Made by a program: the position numbers and the translations under genes
The notes under the pieces: generated by a model
Seen by the model: the letters and a program-made list of their open reading frames with translations, nothing else
What the model was told of the DNA's origin: nothing
Databases searched by the model: none
Shown here: positions 59,021 to 64,000 of the stretch, in pieces
Numbering within the stretch: position 1 is the stretch's first letter
Layout: each line of letters starts with the position of its first letter
From: Candidatus Wolframiiraptor gerlachensis
Lineage (GTDB): Archaea; Thermoproteota; Nitrososphaeria_A; Caldarchaeales; Wolframiiraptoraceae
Direction: 5' to 3'
NCBI GenBank assembly: GCA_021323375.2
Contig: JAJPCT020000018.1
Location: forward strand, 1 to 64,000
Length of the DNA: 64,000 nt

Positions 59021-61333
59021 CTAATCCGCTCCCAAGTATCCGGCGAAATAAACCTGTCCTACAGCTGCTCCACCATCCCCAGGCGGGATCATCCTATTTA
59101 CGTGAATCCTGAACCCTGAGGCTCTTTCTATGGCTGAGAGGATTACATGGTTGACAGCGGCACCTCCTGAGACGTATATAGCCTTGACTCCAAGCTCGCG
59201 GGCCTTCTCAGCGGCGACGGCCCCAAGACAACTCCCCAAGATATACTGCGCCGTGTAAGCTATATCATGTCTAGAGTTGTTGTCGAGGCTCTCCACTATG
59301 GCCCTCATGATCTCGCCAGTCATTATTGTGATCGCATCGCCCTTCTTGGAGACGAAGTCATCCGATGGATTACTGATTATCAGCCTCCCGCCATAAGACG
59401 CCTCCTCAAGCATTATCGCCGGCTCGCCCTCATATGTCCTCTCGAGGCAGAGTGTTAGGAGGGCTGAGACGCTATCAAGAAATCTTCCAGTACTTGATGT
59501 CATAGGCCCTCTTCCCCGCCTTATTTGGGCTAGGACCGCCTCAAGCTCTCTAGACCCATGCTTGAACCCTCTCAGGAGGCCGCGCCTCCGGATGAAGGAC
59601 CCGACCTCATCAAGATCCATGAACTTGGATAGTATTGAGGCGAGCATTCTGACGGGCCTATAGGCTGCTAGGTCGCCGCCCGGCATGAGCGAGTAGTCTA
59701 AGAATCCGGCGCGCTCGAATACTCCATCAGCCCATGCTAGGATCTCGCCTCCCCAGATCGCTCCATCGAGCCCATAGCCGGCTCCATCAATCATTATTCC
59801 CACGGCGGGCTCATCCAGGTCATGGCCTACCTCAGCCATAACCGATGCGAAGTGGGCGATGTGATGCTGAACAAGCTTAAGCTCGAGCCCCTTACCGGAT
59901 GCGTATTTCTCCGCAGCCCTCCTTGAATAATAAGCTGGATGGAGATCCGCCGCGACGACTGGCCTTCTCTCAATTAAGCCATAGCATTCTGAGAGGAATT
60001 CGAGGTTGCCGACATGCTCCTCGAGCACCCTCGGATTATCCATGTCGCCCGAGTAGGGTGCCAAGATTATCTTATCATCAAACCCTATTGCGCCATTAGT
60101 CTCGAGATCGCCCCCAAAGGCTATCACGGGCCTCTTAAGGGGATGCTTGAGCTTCATGATCCTCGGGGCATATCCCCTCCCATATCTCAGGATCACCGGA
60201 CCGCCATGAGTCGGCCTAACAACCGAGTCATCAACCCTATGAACTATTTTCCTATTATGCGTCAGGATATAGTCTACTATGCTCGTGAGCTCTTTTAGCC
60301 TCGAGTCATCGCTTATCATGGGGTCTCCATGCACGTTCCCGCTCGTCATTACTAGGAACTTGTCCCTTGTCTCCATAAGTAGAAGGTAGTGGAGGGGCGT
60401 ATATGCGAGCATGAGCCCGAGGCTTCGAAGGGATGGGGCCACATAGTCGGAGACCGGGCAGTCCTCCCTCCTCAGCAGGATTATTATCGGCTTGATGAAC
60501 CCCGTGAACAGGTCGATTAGGTCCTCGGGGATCTCGACAAGCTTCTCCGCGACCTCTAGGTTGAGCGCCATTATTGCGAAGGGCTTTCTAGGCCTCCTCT
60601 TCCTCCTCCTAAGCTCCAAGACAACCTCATCATCGCTCGCGAGGCATGCTATATGATAGCCGCCAATCCCCTTTACCGCGACAATCATCCCCTCGTCAAT
60701 CAGCCTCGCAGCCTGCTTCACGGGATCATCGGCTTCAACTCTCTCAAAACTCCTATCTAGAAGGGATATTCTGGGGCCACATCTAGGGCAGCTTATCCCT
60801 TGAGCATGATACCTCCTCTCATTCCAGAGATCATTATACTCGCTCAAGCACTCATCACATAACGGGAAATCCCTCATCGCCGTATTCTCCCTATCATAGG
60901 GCGGCTTGTAGATCATTGAATACCTGGGCCCGCACCAGGCGCAGCTATTAAACGGGTACCTATACCATCTGCTCGCGGGATTCACCACCTCTCCGAGGCA
61001 GTGCTCGCAGGCGGCAAGATCCTGAGGAATCTCGGATGCTATGATCCTCTCAATGCCGCTCTCAAGTATGATGAAGTCTTGGAGGCTGGAGGGCTTCACC
61101 TCTTCAACCTTTACAATCTCGAGCTTGGCTGGTGGGGGACGTCTCTCCATGAGTAGCCTGAGAAACTCGCCTACACGACCCTCCTCCTCCGACTCGACAA
61201 ATATCTCAACCTCCCCGCCGCCGAGGTTCCTCACATAGCCTCTCACGCCGGTGATCTTGGCTATCCTCCTGACGAATGGCCTGAAGCCGACACCCTGAAC
61301 CATTCCAGTGACATATATTCTCAGAGCCTTCAT
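59021..61333 (-). CDS. hypF: Carbamoyltransferase HypF
   Basis: GMVQGVGFRPF, two Zn fingers, KGIGGYH, RVDDSV, QHH.AH, DG.GYG.DG.IWGGE, GDGG. Confidence 0.96.
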   Translation of the reverse strand: MKALRIYVTGMVQGVGFRPFVRRIAKITGVRGYVRNLGGGEVEIFVESEEEGRVGEFLRLLMERRPPPAKLEIVKVEEVKPSSLQDFIILESGIERIIASEIPQDLAACEHCLGEVVNPASRWYRYPFNSCAWCGPRYSMIYKPPYDRENTAMRDFPLCDECLSEYNDLWNERRYHAQGISCPRCGPRISLLDRSFERVEADDPVKQAARLIDEGMIVAVKGIGGYHIACLASDDEVVLELRRRKRRPRKPFAIMALNLEVAEKLVEIPEDLIDLFTGFIKPIIILLRREDCPVSDYVAPSLRSLGLMLAYTPLHYLLLMETRDKFLVMTSGNVHGDPMISDDSRLKELTSIVDYILTHNRKIVHRVDDSVVRPTHGGPVILRYGRGYAPRIMKLKHPLKRPVIAFGGDLETNGAIGFDDKIILAPYSGDMDNPRVLEEHVGNLEFLSECYGLIERRPVVAADLHPAYYSRRAAEKYASGKGLELKLVQHHIAHFASVMAEVGHDLDEPAVGIMIDGAGYGLDGAIWGGEILAWADGVFERAGFLDYSLMPGGDLAAYRPVRMLASILSKFMDLDEVGSFIRRRGLLRGFKHGSRELEAVLAQIRRGRGPMTSSTGRFLDSVSALLTLCLERTYEGEPAIMLEEASYGGRLIISNPSDDFVSKKGDAITIMTGEIMRAIVESLDNNSRHDIAYTAQYILGSCLGAVAAEKARELGVKAIYVSGGAAVNHVILSAIERASGFRIHVNRMIPPGDGGAAVGQVYFAGYLGAD

Positions 61334-61386
61334 GGAGGCGCCAGAAAGATGAAGGGGTTCGGAGAATAAAAACTAGATCGCGCCAC

Positions 61387-62685
61387 TTACTCCCTGACTA
61401 TCCTCAGCTTGATGGCGTGAACAGAGCATGAGATACATGGATCATAGTTTCTTATCGTAGTCTCTACTATGTGTTGCGCCTTTTCCGGGGGCCCACTCAA
61501 GATAAGATCCCCGACCTTGAATATGTCCTCCTCCATCGCGGCATAGTTCTGGGTTGTTGGCGGGACTATGTTCGCGTAGAGTATCCTACCCCTCTCATCT
61601 ATCCTATAGCGGTGGTATAGCATCCCCCTCGGGGCCTCGACTATCGCAGCCGCCTCACCAGCCCTGACAACCGCCTCAATATATGGAGCATGAGGTTCTG
61701 AATATTCCTCGATGAGCCTCCCTATCTCGATTATCGAGTGGAGGTTCTCGGCAGCCCTTGCCACGATGCTCTGATAAGTATTCTTGAGGGGGGCTTTGTA
61801 TCCAGCCTTTTCTAGGATATCTTTAACCTCCGGCGCTAGGAGGTCGTAGTTTAGGTTGAACCTTGCGATGGGCCCGGTGATATATGACCTGCCATTCCTC
61901 AACCTGTAATGCAGGCCTGTGGAATACTTCTTCTGCTCAACAATGATGTTATCCTCGAAGGAGTCTTCCGGGAATTCCCAGCCCAAGTTGTTAGCAACCA
62001 CGCCCTCGAGTATCGGGTACTCCTTCTTCCCCTTGAGGGACATAATGACCATGTCATACTCGATGTCCGGCAGATCTAGGTTTAGGATGAACTCGAGGAG
62101 CTTCTCGCCCTTCTTCCTAATCTCATCATAGTCGCGGGCCAGAGGTTCGAGCTCCTCTCTTCTTATGATCCTGTATAGACCTCCAACCCTGAAGCCTATC
62201 GGGTGGATTGCGCGGCCCCCAATTATCTCTATTGCCCTATTACCCCAGCTCCTCACGGCGATGGCGTCCCTGACAAAGTCCGGGTAATCCCTCGCCATCT
62301 CGAGAGCGGAATGATATCCTAGGAAGTCCGGCGCATGGAGGAATGCGAAGTGCAGAACATGGCTCTCGATCCACTCGCCGTAGAAGGCTATCTTTCTAAG
62401 GATCTTTATCTCCTCTGGGATATCTATTCCGAGGATCTTCTCCATGGCCCTGCAGGCCGCAAAGATATAGGCGAGAGGACATATGCCGCAGATCCTCGCT
62501 GTTATATCAGGCGCCTCAAGATAAGGTCTTCCGCGGAGAAATGCCTCAAAGAACCTCGGAGGCTCGAATATGTTGACCTCGACATAGTCTAACTTGCCAT
62601 TCTTCACTCTTACCCAGACTCCTCCCTCACCCTCGACCCTCGCCAGCTGGCTGACCTTTATCTCGAAACTCTTACTCTCGCTCAT
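61387..62685 (-). CDS. hydA: Group 3b NiFe hydrogenase large (alpha) subunit
   Basis: RVEGEG, PPRFFE, RICGIC (L1), DPCISCSVH (L2) plus cleavable tail. Confidence 0.94.
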   Translation of the reverse strand: MSESKSFEIKVSQLARVEGEGGVWVRVKNGKLDYVEVNIFEPPRFFEAFLRGRPYLEAPDITARICGICPLAYIFAACRAMEKILGIDIPEEIKILRKIAFYGEWIESHVLHFAFLHAPDFLGYHSALEMARDYPDFVRDAIAVRSWGNRAIEIIGGRAIHPIGFRVGGLYRIIRREELEPLARDYDEIRKKGEKLLEFILNLDLPDIEYDMVIMSLKGKKEYPILEGVVANNLGWEFPEDSFEDNIIVEQKKYSTGLHYRLRNGRSYITGPIARFNLNYDLLAPEVKDILEKAGYKAPLKNTYQSIVARAAENLHSIIEIGRLIEEYSEPHAPYIEAVVRAGEAAAIVEAPRGMLYHRYRIDERGRILYANIVPPTTQNYAAMEEDIFKVGDLILSGPPEKAQHIVETTIRNYDPCISCSVHAIKLRIVRE

Positions 62686-63457
62686 ACCTCTCCAGGAACC
62701 TCCTAATAGGATCAGACCAACCTGTAAAGCCTCTCAACCTAAGAATAACCTCCTCCTTTGGAAGGCCTATCTCCTCAAGCCTCCTAGCAAGCGCGTCGGG
62801 CTTCGGATCTATCATGGGGCCAAAGCATCCATAACATCCGCGGCCATAACTTGGGCAGAGGGCGCCGCATCCTTCAACCATTATCGGTCCAAGGCATGGA
62901 ATCCCCCGGGAAACCATCACGCAGACATTCCCCCCTCTCTTACACTCTTGGCACAAGCTCTCAAGCCTATGATAAGGCCTCCTACCAGTCAGCACCTGCT
63001 TCAAGACGCTGAAGAGCTGAAGCTCATTCACGGGGCATCCACTAACCTGATAATCCACCCTTATGTGGTCGGATACTGGCGTGGACTTCTCGAGGCTATT
63101 AATCCACTCCGGCTTCGGGTAAACCTGCTTGACAACATCCTGATAATTCATCCAGTTTCTCAACGACTGGATGCCGCCATAGACAGCGCAAGTGCCTATC
63201 GCAATCACGATCCTCGAATTTTTCCTAATCTCCTTGACCAGCTCAACCTCATGCGGCGTTGAGACTGATCCCTCGATTAACGCGACGTCATATGGCCCCG
63301 GATCGATTCTGCTACTGGCCTCGAGGAAATACGCTATCTCGACCTTCTCAATTAGCGAGAGTAGGTTTTCTCCCAGATCTATCAGCTTATCTTGGCACCC
63401 ACTACATGACGAGAACTTGAAAACCGCTAACTTTGCTTTCTTATTATTCCCGCTCAT
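62672..63457 (-). CDS. hydD: Group 3b hydrogenase small (delta) subunit
   Basis: FSSCSGCQ, IEGSV, GTCA, GCP, LCQEC..CLGP..GCGALCP..CYGCFG. Confidence 0.93.
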   Translation of the reverse strand: MSGNNKKAKLAVFKFSSCSGCQDKLIDLGENLLSLIEKVEIAYFLEASSRIDPGPYDVALIEGSVSTPHEVELVKEIRKNSRIVIAIGTCAVYGGIQSLRNWMNYQDVVKQVYPKPEWINSLEKSTPVSDHIRVDYQVSGCPVNELQLFSVLKQVLTGRRPYHRLESLCQECKRGGNVCVMVSRGIPCLGPIMVEGCGALCPSYGRGCYGCFGPMIDPKPDALARRLEEIGLPKEEVILRLRGFTGWSDPIRRFLERYERE

Positions 63458-64000
63458 ATCTCATCCACCCAGAAATACTTCTTAATTAGCCAGTATGGGA
63501 ATACGGGGCCATGTCTGCAGACGAAGTAGGGGCCCACTTGGCAGTGGCCGCAAAGCCCGATCCCGCACTTCATCCTCCTCTCTAGGGAGAAGTAGATCTG
63601 ATTCTCCTTAAACCCGATCTGCTCAAGAGCCTTAACGGTGAACCTCATCATTATCTCGGGGCCGCAGACGAGGGCTATAGTCCTCTCGACATCTATCCTC
63701 GCCATCGGTATAAGCTCTGTAACAACGCCGACATGATACCTCCAAGTCTCATCAGGGTGATCGACGGTAAGGAGGAACTCCGTATTCGGTATCTCCCTAT
63801 ACCGGTCGAACTCATAGCGGTAGAGTAGGAGGCTGGGAGTTCTCGCTCCATAAAGTATCGTTAGCTTCCCATACTTCCCCCTATTCCTTTCAACCTCTAG
63901 GATGACTCCCCGGAGTGGCGCTAGCCCAATACCGCCAGCCACGATGAGCACATCCTTTCCAGCGAGCTTCTCGATTGGCCAGCCCTTACCATAGGGCCCC
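63454..64000 (-). CDS. hydG: Group 3b hydrogenase gamma (FAD/NAD(P)) subunit, 5'-truncated by window edge
   Basis: GPYGKGW, AGGIGLAPLR, CGPEIMM, ERRMKCGIGLCGHCQ..VC..GPVF. Confidence 0.92.
   Translation of the reverse strand, partial: GPYGKGWPIEKLAGKDVLIVAGGIGLAPLRGVILEVERNRGKYGKLTILYGARTPSLLLYRYEFDRYREIPNTEFLLTVDHPDETWRYHVGVVTELIPMARIDVERTIALVCGPEIMMRFTVKALEQIGFKENQIYFSLERRMKCGIGLCGHCQVGPYFVCRHGPVFPYWLIKKYFWVDEI

Noticed and set aside
3725-63262. Numerous antisense or alternate-frame ORFs in the track (e.g. 381-887, 3725-4330, 22416-23075, 26767-27579, 48220-48723, 62594-63262)
   Set aside because: Shadow frames of well-supported genes, with no protein motifs
1-64000. Genome-wide amber recoding
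   Set aside because: Many conserved genes (lpdA, porB, tfe, tmcA, hypF) end at TAG at their expected lengths
1-64000. CRISPR array, cas genes or rRNA
   Set aside because: No regularly spaced repeats, cas motifs or rRNA-like sequence seen

Overview
64 kb of a thermophilic TACK-type archaeal chromosome. It encodes TBP, TFE, Alba, eS25, L40e, a ThermoDBP-related DUF2258 protein, fibrillarin and Trm56; an Aigarchaeota/Caldarchaeales- or Bathyarchaeia-like host is an inference. Most of the window is housekeeping and anaerobic metabolism: POR, two tungsten-type AORs, ETF, a group 3b NiFe hydrogenase with HypF, GlmS, TmcA and Pit. It also carries three tRNAs and three box C/D sRNAs. Five things stand out. 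(1) A FucK/FucA/AOR/ETF/FAD-dehydrogenase cluster, plus LarA and POR, reads as a phosphorylative deoxy-sugar pathway in an archaeon. (2) A decaying 3.6 kb island holds a tnpA-less TnpB at the end of an apparent operon, with an omega-RNA-like 3' tail, a pseudoknot-like leader and small ORFs broken only by TAG codons. (3) An oxygen-detox cassette sits inside the ribosomal-protein operon, with a palindromic Lrp operator, and a 17-bp duplication marks the rpl14 breakpoint. (4) The TBP lacks the acidic stirrup residues. (5) An unannotated structured RNA candidate lies upstream of glmS. All calls come from motif recognition by eye; no searches were run.
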